DNA of 64,000 nucleotides from Eledone cirrhosa (lineage: Eukaryota), in assembly GCA_964016885.1 (NCBI GenBank), contig OZ024763.1, positions 25,978,001 through 26,042,000 of the forward strand, read 5' to 3'. The translations under genes were made by a program, and so were the position numbers. Under the pieces are notes generated by a model. The model saw nothing but the letters and a program-made list of their open reading frames with translations. It did no database searches and was not told the origin of the DNA. Positions 32,230 through 45,585 of this stretch are shown one piece after another; the stretch's first letter is position 1, and each line of letters begins with the position of its first letter.

Positions 32230-33969
32230 TACAAAAAGTTATGGAAAATTAATATTTGTAAATCTACTTTACTATTTTCAAGCAAAATTGATGTGGTGGC
32301 GTTCATGCCTTACTCAATGTTATAAATACTAAAAAGGGTCGACTTTGTCTTTCATCCTCCTGGGTCTTTCATAAATTAAATCTTCACTTTGTTTCTTATC
32401 GCTCTACGGTTGATTTGAACCTACAATGTCCCCGTCTACAATAATATTTACTAACTTTAAATCTATCATACCTGGTTTGTGTGTGTGTGTAAAATATTCC
32501 CACCTCGTACAATACGCCCGTAAATTGTTAAACCTGATTTCTATATAGATAATATATGTAGCAGTGTAAGATCTGAACCTACAATGATATGTTTTTCAGT
32601 AATTTTACACAATTTCAACTAAATAGCGATATGTATATGTTTTTCGTTTCTTAAAAATAAAAGAAATTCTATATCCCCAGCTAAATATTGAACTCCTGAC
32701 AGCACCACAAACTACATTAAATACTTAACTACCAAGTCTCACACGACTTTGTAACTAAATGATAAAATAATAACACCTCAATTTTTAAACGATATTACTT
32801 CACCTTGTGTTCTCATCTCGGTGAAAATCTGGCCCCGATTAATTTAACATTTTTATTTTTGGATAGATTAAGTATAGTACCAGTCACATAGTGGGATCAA
32901 TTTAATCGATCGAATTCTCCCCGTAAATTTCTGACTTTTGCCTCAGTTACAAACAAAGAGTTTATCTATGTGTGTATATATATATATATATATTAGTTTA
33001 AGTATGTGTTAGCAATAAATAAATGAAAAAAATTAAATAATGATTATAAGACATTTTTATTCAGTAGTTTTATTTTTATTGTGATTTTCAATACATTAAC
33101 TGTCCAGTGTGGCCTTTTGTTTTTGCTTATATTCTATTGCAAATGGCGGCTACGGCGAAACTGGATTACCAAGGTTTACTGGATGTTGTCTTTTGCTTTG
33201 TGGATTACTTTACAAACTGGAGACATCGGGATATCTACCGCAATACCCGAGATAAACATAAGGTGAGTCTTTTACGCAATATTTCGTTTTAAAGACATGT
33301 TCGACTTGATCAAATTTGACCTGTCTATGAGACAGAGATGCCATTTCAAAACAAACGACACAGACCAACCACGAATAATCTAACATTAGTTTTTCAAAAG
33401 ATAATCCATCTTTAAAGAAAGACAAATATTTAAAAATTGACGTTCAAAGGAACACTCGATGGCAGAAAGAATCTCAGCCGCAATTTAATGTCTGAGGTTA
33501 GACATTTTTAACGACATAAATATAGTTTAATGCCCCTCCTCTCACATCTGACTCGTTTTCTTAAAACTTACTTCTAATAATACATATTTTATAGACATAT
33601 ACTTTCGAAGGTAAACATTATGTTTTTGTGTTGTGTTTTGTAATTCGTAGTTTTAGAAATGACATTCCGATTATGTAGAAAATCTATGACATTATTCTGA
33701 TTGATATTATACTTTATCAACATGAGATTGGAAGACAGGCATAATTAACGAATTTTCAAGTTTATATTTAGCCGACTACAAACACAGTACGAAAGTTTTT
33801 AGTACACGAAATCTTTAACGAACTTAACTACATACAATAATGAAAGTATTTGAAGTAAATTAATGAGTTTCACCGACATTATCGTAATCTACATCATGGA
33901 AGACGGATCTCTGTATATTTTCATGTAAAATATATTCACCGTTAACAAATTCATGGAGTGACGACTAAA

Positions 33970-35130
33970 CTGTAGTTATGTCCAAGCCAGTTGATACCAT
34001 TCTAAGTTAGTTGATATATTTTGAAGCGTTGCGAGATTTACTGAGTTCTTTTCTTATTGCCATAGCATGATCAAATTCACTACAATGCTTTCTGCTCACT
34101 TTTACTCAGCATCACATATTTTAATGCATTCGTTCTTCATCTGTCATATCTTTTTATCATTTACTGTTGTCTACTCCATCATTTAAACTATTCCATTCAC
34201 TAATATCTCTGAGAAATATATATTTTCTGATGTCTTTAGAGCATTGTATCGTATAAACAGTATAATGGTATCCTCTTCTTAGATTTACATTTTCTTCCGT
34301 AATTTCAAGTCCTTCCATCATCTTAAATATTTCTATCATGTCTCCCCAAGTTGCAATTCCTAAGTTTTTACATCTTAATTCTTTTGTTTTATTTTTTGTT
34401 CTTCTCTGGATTCTTTCAATATTTTCTGTCGTGCGTCCATGTCCCTACGGAATACTCTACGTGGTGTCGCTAATATCATTCATCGATAATTTAAAATTTG
34501 TTTGCATTTAGCTAGGTAAATTATTATTCCTATCGTCTCACTTGCTACTTTTTGCCTTTAACATGGTTAGCCACCTTTCAATTAAAACATACATATTCGA
34601 AATATATTTTCTTCCCCCAATCATTTTGTCTTGAAAATAAACATGTCTTAAAATCTATGTGTGTTCCATTTCAATTAATTTCTTATTTCGTGTTTCTGTA
34701 CATTTGTTCTTAAAACTAAGGGGGTCTTACATCCCCAAAAATATTGTAAGATGTCTCCATAAAGGTTCCTTTACAATTAATTTCTCCTTTCAGTACAATG
34801 TATTGCCGTTGAATTCGTTAATGAAATAAAATTTCCTTTTCAAAGATTGACATTCTCAATTTAATTCTTTCTCTTGTGTATTGTTCTCTAATGGATAACA
34901 TACGTATGTTGTTCCTTAGAGGTAGAAGTAACACGACCTTCCTTCATCGCTGCACAGATCTAACTGGCAGTGTGTTTAGCATGAGTAGTGGTAAGTATTC
35001 GACAACTGTGAACATCAGGTGTGAAGTCAAAACAAACTGCCTTTTATATAGGGTGTTAATTGGAAAGACTAAACAGTGAGATAAAGTGACGAGGTTCAAT
35101 CTCTACCAAGAATTACACAAGGTTAATAAA
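33970..35130 (-). mobile_element. Degenerate CR1 LINE fragment (older duplicate)
   Basis: ORF 34157..34339 MIEIFKMMEGL...RRGYHY...CSKDIRKYIFLRDISEWNSL is the CR1 C-terminus. Confidence 0.75.
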
Positions 35131-35370
35131 TCAATTAACCAGAAATTATTATGTCGTTGTTGTTGCTGTAAATGTGTAGTCAGGGTTTCAATCCTTAGCA
35201 GGGTTTGTAGAGTTACATTTACCTCTACCGATTCTGCTAATACACCGCCCCTGCCAATACACCGCCCTATGTAGTATTAATAAGACGGAACCAGCATGAA
35301 TGTAACCACATCTATTTAGCTTGCTAATAGAAAGTAGTTTCATATATATTAAATTTCAATTAGTTCTGTA

Positions 35371-35585
35371 GCTGTTATTGTTACGGTGGCCTAGTGGGGG
35401 TTATTAGAGACGGTGGAGGACCTGGTTTGGTTTTCAATGAAGACATACATTAAGGGGGTCTTACTTTTCCCTTTTATAAGAGAAAAAAAATGTAAGATTT
35501 AGTGAGATTATATCCTGATTCAGATCGAACTCACGACCAGGAACGGATTCACCTCTAATACATACCATTGGGTCACCAATACGGA
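35371..35585. pseudogene. Degenerate convergent pair of the Pol III RNA units (9 on +, 10 on -)
   Basis: + strand ggtggcctagtgg...agagacggtggaggacctggt with B box lost; - strand tgacccaatgg...ttcctggtcgtgagttcgatc; upstream catgaatgtaaccacatc at 35295. Confidence 0.45.
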
Positions 35586-36217
35586 TTTAAAACCTCATTG
35601 AAAATGAATATATATCAACCTACTTTCAATATGAAACCAATATTGTTGCAGATGTTCGGTTTTCTCTTAGCTTTCATAAATTGAATGTTGAATTAGCTTC
35701 TCATCAATATAGGGAAGATTGTAACATTCAATAATTCCGTATATATATATATACATACAGACACGCATAAACATATATATTTATATGTATATATATATAT
35801 ACATACAGACACGCATAAACATATATATTTATATGTATATATATATATATATACACACACACACAAACATATATATTTATATGTATATATATATATACAC
35901 ACACACAAACATATATATTTATATGTATATATACACACACACATTTATTTATATATCTATACACATATATATAAATAAATTATTTATATATATAAAACAA
36001 AGAAATAAGTCACCAAGTTTAACAGCTTATAAATTATTTATTTGATCAACACTTGTTTCATTGCTATTACATGTTACACATCTTTAGAAAGACATCGCCA
36101 GGAACAATTCTAAACATAACATTGGAAGTCTGCAATAGAAAATAAATCAATTTTGAGGTTGAATATATATTTCAATGCCATATTGTTGTTTTATCAACTG
36201 AAAGAATTTTCAACACG

Positions 36218-36248
<31 letters not shown>

Positions 36249-36638
36249 CGTAAGCATGTATGTTTATATATATATGTGTGTATATATACATGTATGTGTA
36301 TATGGCAATAGGGAGCAAGAGTAACACACTATTGAACTCCCGAACTAGGGTGCCACAGTATGGCACTTTAGAGCTTCAGCACTGCACTGTATTTAGTAGA
36401 TTTAACTAAACTTAGTACTGAGTTAGTAGAGTTAAAAGCGAATACAAGCAGCCAAAATGGGGTTCCTCGAAAGGGTCTTTGGAGTAACGTTACTTGATAA
36501 AGTGTGTAGATCAGAGAGTCACTCCAGGTAGAGCTGCTACTTCTCCCAACTGAGAGATCACAGCTCTGATACTATGGACATGTAGTTAGAATGTCTCAGG
36601 AAAGAATATGTATATATATGTATGTATGTATGTATGTC

Positions 36639-36669
<31 letters not shown>

Positions 36670-36748
36670 GTCTACATATATATATATATTTATATGTATG
36701 TATGTATGTATATATATATATATATATATTTATATGTATGTATGTATG

Positions 36749-36781
<33 letters not shown>

Positions 36782-36802
36782 ATATATATGTATATGTATA
36801 TA

Positions 36803-36840
<38 letters not shown>

Positions 36841-39800
36841 TATGACCGTGAAATATGTGTGAGGTAAAGTAAATCTAGACTTTATTTCTCATTGCTCTAG
36901 GCTTGATTTGAACCTACAACAACTCCGTCTGCAATAATGTCATAACACATTCCAGCTTAGTACGTGGTTCCTATATATATACATGCAAGTAAGATTTGAA
37001 CCTACATTGCTGTGTTTTATAAAAGAAAGTAAAGAAACAATTTAATGAAAGTAAAATATTTATTTTATTCAGGAATTTTTTTTTATTTTATGTATTCACT
37101 TCATAAACTGCTGAATAGTTCTCTTGTTTTTGTTTGTTCTTACCACTGTTTACTGTAAATGGTGACTGACGAGACTGGATTATTACCAAGTTTTACTGGA
37201 AGATGGCATTTCCTTATTGTATTATTTTGTTGTCAGTGGACATCTCTCTAAATACCTGGAATAAACATAAGGTGTGTCTTTTACGTAACATTTTAATGGA
37301 TCACTTTTAAAATAAAACCAATCAACAGGACAGGTAGACTCCATCAAAATAGACCAGAGATGAGCTACGAATAATCTAAAATTAATTTTAAAAAGAAGAC
37401 TATGTTTAAAGAAAGACAAACAATCACATCCATAATTTAATATCTGAAGATCAACATTTTTCACGATATAAATATGTAAAGTTAAGTGACCTCTTATTTA
37501 GTTGCGCCAACTTTATTTTACTAATCTATTCTGTAGACTTATATTTTCGTTGGTGTACATTACGATTTCGTTGTTGAAATTTTCTTTCGTCTTTAGATCT
37601 ATATTTTACTTCTGGAATACTGTATTAACAATTATATCACTCGTCTTTAGATCTTTATTTCTTATAAAAGTTATAATACTCACCTCTTCCCATTATATTT
37701 TCATATATATATATATATATATATATATTTGAAAAAAGGAAAAGAATGACTTGACTTGTAGTTCTAAACAATTTGATTTAGAACTACAAATGAAGTCATT
37801 CTTTTCCTTTTTTTAAATATACCTGACTGTACCAAGGATTTCACACACACACACATATATATACTTCTACCTGGAGTTTCGTCCGATAGATAGTATTAGC
37901 AATTAGAAAGACCATTTTCATTTATATATACCCATACATTCATATTTACTCACTTCTATGTAAATATACATACATATATATTAAAAGCACATACCATATA
38001 CCATCATAATAACGATTGACTAATCATCAGGACACATGCTTGCTCATGTAAAAATTCTCAGACACTTACGAAAACCGAACTTGCAACGCCAGGTACACTT
38101 ACATACATATATGTACGAACATCACATATAGAACAGGTATGACTTATATAGGTACATCAAAGTTTAGGTTTCGCTATTGTACCATTCGAGGTAGTTAGAA
38201 ACAAGTACCAGTGTAGTACTAGGGTCGATTCTTCTATATCTTTTTCTCAATTCCTTTCTCTCACTCTGTAAGAGATCTGGGGGTGGAGATGGGATCTCAT
38301 CTTTTACAAAGTACCCTAGACACCCTGAATGTCAATGTGGGGCCCTCTAGGACTCCCTCACAAGTTATAGGTCGCTACATACATACATAGCAACATCAGA
38401 CAGATTCTTTAGATCTTTTTTACTCGATGATGCAAGACAAGTTTTCAGTGAATCAGAAAGGAATATTTGTGATATGAAGGGAGAACCTCTCTGAATAAAT
38501 ATTAGATAGTTAAGATGCTACGTAAAGCAGGCGGTGACAACATCGAGGACCAGATGTGCCATGTGGAAATAGACATCGACATATAAATATACAAAGATGG
38601 GGGACCTTATCATCATAGTCAATTGGGCTTATGAACACACACACACATACACACATATATTTATATACATACATATGTGTGTGTGTGGCTTCTGCAGGAC
38701 GAACGGTTTCATTCGAAAGAAATCAAGGGCTTTCCTGATGATTTTTTTTCCGAATGAAACAGTTCTAGTCCCGTAGAAGACATTTCTATATGAAATATTT
38801 ATACTCCGATATATATTGAGTACCTTACTTACTGTGGCGTGCATGCCTTTCTTAGTGTTGCTGTTATTAGAAAGGGTTGACTTTGTCTTTCATAATTCAG
38901 GCTCTTTCATTAAGTAAATATTCATTTTATTTCTTAACGCCCTAGAATTGATTTGAACCTACAATGACTTCGTCTGCAATAATGTTCACTAATTTCAAAT
39001 CTGCCATACCTAAATCCTGTGTGCGACTTACAAATAAATTGCTAAACGTCACTTTTATCAATGTAAGATTGGAACCTACAGTGATGTGCTTTGCAATAAT
39101 GTCCCGTAACTCCAACTAGATTGAGCTAAGCTTGTATATTTCTTTCGTCCGAATAACATAATGGTTTCGATCCCAGTTCGCTACTGGTACAAGAAATAAT
39201 TTAAAGAAATTCTATATCCCCAGCTAAATATTGAACTCCTAACGACATTTTATGTTACTTAATACCAATAACCCTGTTACACACTGAACATCTAAGCCCT
39301 GAACACACATTTATATTTATAACTCAATTTCTAATTTTTAAATGATATTACACCACCTTTGTGTTCTCGGTGGATATTAATTTACAATTTTATAGCAGAA
39401 AAATAGAGTACCAGTCATTTTTATAGGTTCAATTTAATCGATCGGCTTCACCCCGTCAATCACTTGACAAACAAAGACACACAAACAGTATATATATGAT
39501 ACGACAAATTTGAAATAAATTACGTGTTTAAGAAAAAGAATTATTGAATGTAAGAAATTATAATTATTTAGTAATAATATTGTTATTGTTTGTTTTCACT
39601 GCATTAACTGCTGAGTGTGACTTATTTTTCTTACTATTTTCTACCGTAAATTGCGGCTGAGACGTTATTGGAGTATTACTAAAGTTTACTGGATGATGGC
39701 GTTTCCTTATTGCATTATTTTACAAACAGTGGACATCGGAACATCCCTCTATATACCTGGGATAAATGTAAGGAGCATTGTTATGTTATACATAGAAATA

Positions 39801-40101
39801 TAAGAAGAGATGACCATTGTACTATCATGTCACTCGTTAGAATTATAACTTTGGAGGAGATTAATCAAAGTGTTTATCCTTGGTATAGTGAACTAATGTT
39901 GATATTTTCAAGTCTTGACATTTATATGGAATAGTGTACTAATATTTAAATAGTCTTTATATTTTTATCCTGTCTCCAAGATTTTAGATTTTTCAGCATT
40001 TAGTTAAGAAAAAGAACGTTTTATTATTTCCATTATCCGTCTCGCTGTTTTGCTTCATCATGGTTAGCCATCTTCCAATTCTTACATATTCACAATTCTT
40101 C

Positions 40102-43100
40102 TGAGAGAGAAACGAGAGGGTAAGGAGGAGACGAGAGAAACAAGAAAGTCAGAGATGAGAGGAAGGAAGAGAAAAGAGAGGGGAGAGAAACAAGAGGAGG
40201 GAGAGAGAGAGGGAGGTGAGAGGAGTGAAGGGAGAGGAGGGAGAGGAGTGAAACAAGAGAGAGGAGTGAAACAAAAGTGAAAGGAGGGAGAGAGAAGTGA
40301 AAGAAGAGAGGAGTGAAACAAGAGAGGAGTGAAACACGAGAGAGAAGAGGGAGAGAGGAGTGAAAGAGAGAGGAGAGAGGAGTGAAAGAAGAGAGAGGAG
40401 GGAGAGAGGAGTGAAAGGAGGGAGAGAGGAGGGAGAGAGGAGTGAAAGAAGGGAGAGAGGAGTGAAACAAGGGAGAGGAGGGAAACAAGAGAGGGGAGGA
40501 AGGAGTGAAACAAGAGAGAAGAGGGAGGGAGGAGGGAGAGGGAGGGAGGAGTGAAACGGGAGAGAGGAGAGAAACAAGAGAGAGAGGAGAGAAACAAGAG
40601 GAGGGAGAGAGTAGTGAAACAAGAGAGAGAGGAGGGAGAGAGGAGTGAGAGAATAGGGTGAGGAGGGAGAGAGGAGTGAGAGAATAGGGTGAGGAGGGAG
40701 AGAGGAGGGAGAGAGTAGTGAAACAAGAGAGAGGAGTGAAACAAGAGAGACAGGAGTGAAACAAGAGAGACAGGAGTGAGACAAGTGAAAGAAGAGCGGA
40801 GTGAAACACGAGAGAGAAGAGGGAGAGAGGAGTGAAACAAGAGAGAGGAGGGAGAGAAGAGTGAGAGGAGGGAAACAAGAGAGAGAGGAGTGAGAGAGTG
40901 TAACAAGAGAGGAGTGAAACAAGAGAAAGAGGAGGGAGAGAGGTGTGAAACAAGAGTGAAAGGAGGGAGAGAGAAGTGAAAGAAGAGAGGAGTGAAACGA
41001 GAGAGAAGAGGGAGAGAGGAGTGAAAGAAGAGAGAGAGGAGGGAGAGAGGAGTGAAAGAAGAGAGAGGAGAGGGAGAGTAGTGAAACAAGAGAGAGAGAG
41101 GAGTGAAAGAAGAGAGAGGAGTGAAACAAGAGAGGAGGGAGAGAGGAGTGAAACAAGAGAGGAGGGAGAGAGGAGTGAAACAAGAGAGGAGGGAGAGAGG
41201 AGTGAAAGAAGAGAGAGGAGTGCAACAAGAGAGGAGGGAGAGAGGAGTGAAAGAAGAGAGAGGAGTGCAACAAGAGAGACAGGAGTGAAACAAGAGAGAG
41301 AGGATAGAGAGAGGAGTGAAACAAGAGTGAAAGGAGTGAAACAAGAAAGAGTGGTGGGAGAGAGGAGTAAAACAAGAGAAGAGGGAGAGAGGAGTGAAAC
41401 AAGAGAGAGGAGGGAGAGAGGAGTGAAAGAAGGAGTGAAACGAGAGAGAGGAGGGAGAGAGGAGTGAAAGAAGGAGTGAAACGAGAGAGAGGAGGGAGAG
41501 AGGAGTGAAACGAGAGAGAGGAGGGAGAGAGGAGTGAAAGAAGGAGTGAAACGAGAGAGAAGAGGGAGAGAGGAGGAGTGAAACGAGAGAGAAGAGGGAA
41601 ACAGGAGAAGAGGGAGAGAGGAGGAGTGAAACGAGAGAGAAGAGGGAGAGAGGAGTGAAACACGAGAGAAGAGGGAGAGAGGAGTGAAAGAAGAGAGAGA
41701 GGAGGGAGAGAGGAGTGAAACAAGTGAGAAGAGGGAGAGAGGAAGGAGAGAGGAGTGAAAGAAGAGAGTGAAAGAAGAGAGAGAGAGGAGGGATAGAGGA
41801 GTGAAACAAGAGAGAGGAGCGAGAGGAGTGAAACAAGAGAAAAGAGGGAGAGAGGAGTGAAAGAAGAGAGAGGAGGGAGAGAGGAGTGAAACAAGAGAGG
41901 GAGAGAGGAGTGAAAGGAGTGAAACAAGAGAGAGGAGTGAAACATGAGTGAAAGGAGGGAGCGAGGAGTGAAACAAGAGAGAGGTGGGAGTGAGGAGTGA
42001 AACACGAGAGAGAAGAGGGAGAGAGTGAAACAAGAGAGAGGAGGGAGAGAGGAGTGAAACACGAGAGAGAGGAGGGAGAGAGTGAAACAAGAGAGAGAGG
42101 AGTGAAACAAGAGAGAGAGGAGTGAAATAAGAGAGAGAGAGAGGAGTGAAACAAGAGTGAAAGGAGGGAGAGGAGTGAAACAAGAGAGAGGAAGGAGAGA
42201 GGAGTGAAAGAAGAGGAGTGAAACAAGAGAGGAAGGATAGAGGAGTGAAAGAAGAGGAGAGAAACGAGAGAGAAGAGGGAGAGAGGAGTGAAACACGAGA
42301 GAGAGGAGGGAGAGAGGAGTGAAACAAGAGAGAGAGGAGGGAGAGAGGAGTGAAACAAGAGAGAGGAGGGAGAGAGGAGTGAAACAAGAGAGAAGAGGGA
42401 GTGAGGAGGAGTGAAACGAGAGAGAAGAGGGAGAGAGGAGTGAAACACGAGAGAAGAGGGAGAGAGGAGTGAAAGAAGAGAGAGAGGAGTGAAACAAGAG
42501 AGAGGAGGGAGAAGAGTGAAACAAGAGAGAGAGGAGGGAGAGAGGAGTGAAACAAGAGAGAAGAGGGAGAGAGGAGTGAAACCAGAGAGAGAGGAGTGAA
42601 ACAAGTGAGAGTGGAGTGAAACAAGAGAGAGGAGGGAGAGAGGAGTGAAAGAAGAGGAGTGAAACGAGAGAGAAGAGGGAGAGAGGAGGAGTGAAACGAG
42701 AGAGAAGAGGGAGAGAGGAGTGAACCACGAGAGAGGAGTGAAACAAGAGAGAGGAGGGAGAGAGGAGTGAAAGAAGAGGAGTGAAACGAGAGAGAGAGGA
42801 ATGAGAGGCGAGGGAGAGGAGTGAAACAAGAGGGAGAGAGGAGTGAAACAAGAGGGAGAGAGGACTGAAAGAAGAAAGAGAGGAGGAAGAGCGGAGGGAG
42901 AGAGGAGGGAGAGGTAGGAGTGAAACAAGAGAGAGAGGAGTGAAACGAGGAGTGAAACAAGAGAGAGAGGAGGGAGAGAGGAGTGAAACGAGGGAGAGAG
43001 GAGTGAAACGAGGGAGAGGGGATGGAGGGAGAGGAGGGAGAGAGGAGTGAAACGAGGGAGAGGGGATGGAGGGAGGGGAGGGGGAGAGGAGTGAAACAAG

Positions 43101-45074
43101 AGAGGAGTGGGAAACAAGAGAGAGGAGGGAGAGAGGAGTGAAAGAAGGGAGAGGGGAGTGAAGCGATAGAGGAGGGAGAGGGGAGTGAAACAAGAGAGAG
43201 GGGAGGGAGAGGAGAGAGGAGTGAAACAAGGGAGAGAGAGGAGTGAAGCAAGAGAGAGGAGGGAGAGAGGAGGGAAACGAGAGGAGTGAAACAAGAGAGA
43301 GGAAGGAGAGGCGAGGTAGAGGAGTGAAATAAGAGGGAGAGAGGAGTGAAAGAAGAGAGAGAGGAGGAAGAGGGGAGGGAGAGAGGAGGGAGGAAGAGGG
43401 GAGGGAGAGAGGAGGGAGGAAGAGGGAGAAGTGAAACAAGAGAGAGGCGAGAGGAGGGAGAGCGGAGTGAAACAAGAGAGAGAGGAGGGAGTGAAACAAG
43501 AGAGAGAGGAGTGAAACAAGAGTGAGAGGAGGGAGAGAGGAGTGAAACAAGAGAGGCGAGGGAGAGAGGAGAGAGGAGTGGAAGGACGGAGAGAGGAGTG
43601 AAGCGAGAGAGGAAAGAGGAGAGAGAGAGGAGTGAAAGAGAGAGGGGAGGGGGAGAAGAGAGAGGAGAGAGAGAAGAGGGAAACAAGGGAGAGAGGAGTG
43701 AAACGAGGAGTGAAACAAGAGAGAGGAGGGACAGATGAGTGAAACAAGAGAGAGAGGAGGGAGAGAGGAGTGAAGCGAGAGAGGAAGGAGAGGAAAGAGG
43801 AGGGAGAGAGGAATGAAACAAGAGAGAGGGGAGGGAGAGAGGAATGAAACAAGAGAGAGGGGAGGGAGAGAGGAGTGAAACAAGAGAGAGAGGAGGGAGA
43901 GGGGCGAGAGAGAGGAGTGAAACAAGAGAGAGAGGAGGGAGAGGGGCGAGAGAGAGGATTGAAACAAGAGAGAGAGGAGGGAAAAGAGAGCGAGAGGAGT
44001 GAAACGAGAGAGGAAGGAGAGAGGAGGGAGAGAGTAGTGAAACAAGAGAGGGGAGGGAGAGAGAGGAGAGAAACAAGAGAGAGGAGTGAAATAAGGGAGA
44101 GAGGAGGGAGAGGAGTGAAACACGAGAGAGGAGGGAGAGAGGAGTGAAACAAGGGAGAGAGGAGGGAGAGGGGAGTGAAGCAAGAGAGGATGGAGAGAGG
44201 AGGTAGAGCGGAGTGAAGCAAGAGAGAGGAGTGAAACGAGGAGTGAAACAAGAGAGGAGGGAAAAGAGAGAGAGAGGAGTGAAACAAGAGAGAGGAAGGA
44301 GAGAGAGAGTAGTGAAACAAGAGAGGGGAGGGAGAGAGAGGAGAGAGGAGAGAAACGAGAGAGAGGAGTGAAACAAGGGAGAGAGGAGGGACTGGAGTGA
44401 AACACGAGAGAGGAGGGAGAGAGGAGTGAAACAAGGGAGAGAGGAGGGAGAGGGGAGTGAAGCAAGGGAGAGAGGAGGGAGAGGGGAGGTAGAGCGGAGT
44501 GAAGCAAGAGAGAGCGGAGTGAAGCAAGAGAGAGAGGAGTGAAACGAGGAGTGAAACAAGAGAGAGGAGGGAAACGAGAGAGAGAGAGGAGTGAAACAAG
44601 AGAGAAGAAGGAGAGGAGTGAAATAAGAGAGAGAGGAGTGAAACAAGAGGGAGAGAGGAGTGAAAGAAGAGAGAGGAGGAAGTGAGGAGTGAAACAAGAG
44701 AGGGGAGGGAGAGAGGAGTGAAAGAAGAGAGAGGAGGGAGAGAGGAGTGAAAGAAGAGAGAGGAGGGAGAGAGGAGTGAAAGAAGAGAGAAAGGAGGGAG
44801 AGGGGAGTGAAGCAAGAGAGGATGTAGAGAGGAAGGAGAGAGGAGTGAAACGAGGAGTGAAACAAGAGAGGTAGGAGGGAGAGAGGAGAGGTAGGAGGGA
44901 GAGAGGAGTGAAACGAGGAGTGAAACAAGAGAGGAGGGACAGGAGTGAAACAAGACAGGGGGGAGGGAGGGAGGGGAGGAGTGAAACAAGAGAAAGAGGA
45001 GGGAGAGAGGAGTGAAACAAGAGAGAGGGGAGGGAGAGAGGAGTGAAACAAGAGAGAGGCGAGAGAGGAGGGAG
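40102..45074. repeat. 5-kb polypurine/polypyrimidine satellite with core GAGGAGTGAAACAAGAGA
   Basis: Core recurs every ~20-35 bp separated by variable GA runs; the 1600-aa ORFs are artefacts of it. Confidence 0.97.
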
Positions 45075-45080
45075 ACTTAC

Positions 45081-45151
45081 CTTTTTGTGATGTCAAATAA
45101 AGTTTGACTACTTTTAGATTTTACAATTATAGGAATGGTTCGACATGATAA
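45081..45151 (-). other. Possible spliced exon (71 nt)
   Basis: Pyrimidine-rich acceptor ttctgtatattttctatcgtgtgtAG and perfect donor AAG|GTAAGT; one frame open (LSCRTIPIIVKSKSSQTLFDITK). No recognisable homology. Confidence 0.25.
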
Positions 45152-45186
45152 CTACACACGATAGAAAATATACAGAAACTAATATA

Positions 45187-45337
45187 ATTGTTTCTACTTT
45201 TGGCACAAGTCCAGCAATTACCCACTGGTAAATTATTTTATCGACCCCGTAAGAATGAAAGACTGTTAACCTCGGCCGGATTTGAACTCAGAATGGAAAG
45301 GGGCGTAATTCTATGCGTCAAAGCATGGCGTCCGAGG
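45187..45337 (-). mobile_element. Partial Nin/Deu-like SINE
   Basis: aattgtttctacttttggcacaag...tttatcgaccccgtaagaatgaaag...gatttgaactcagaatgg...gcatggcgtccga. Confidence 0.8.
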
Positions 45338-45585
45338 GTGTAGTTTGGTGATGTGTGTGGTGTGGTGTGTAGAAGGTAATGTGCGTTGTGTAGAGTATAA
45401 TGTGTGGTGTGTAGAGCATAATGTGTGGTGAGTGATGTGTATGGCGTGGTGTGCGAGTACATGTGTGGAGTATCTGGTGTAATTGTGTGTATGTGTGAGT
45501 GTTTAATGTGCTGTGTTAATGAGTGGACTGGAGTAAAAAGGAGTCACATAATCTTTAAAATACCCTAAATTAACTTGCCCTAATT

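Larger units (their letters stand above)
31670..32473. repeat. Long imperfect palindrome, copy 4
   Basis: Near-identical to copy 3 at an offset of 3450 bp. Confidence 0.85.

Noticed and set aside
33143-33292. Repeated short ORF MAATAKLDYQGLLDVV... with AAG|GTGAGT as a tandem gene family exon
   Set aside because: Paralogs differ by frameshifts and stops, the donor is not conserved, and the motifs fit a decayed LINE endonuclease better.
40082-45096. Three ~1600-aa ORFs on the minus strand
   Set aside because: All three frames are open only because the polypyrimidine satellite lacks stop codons.
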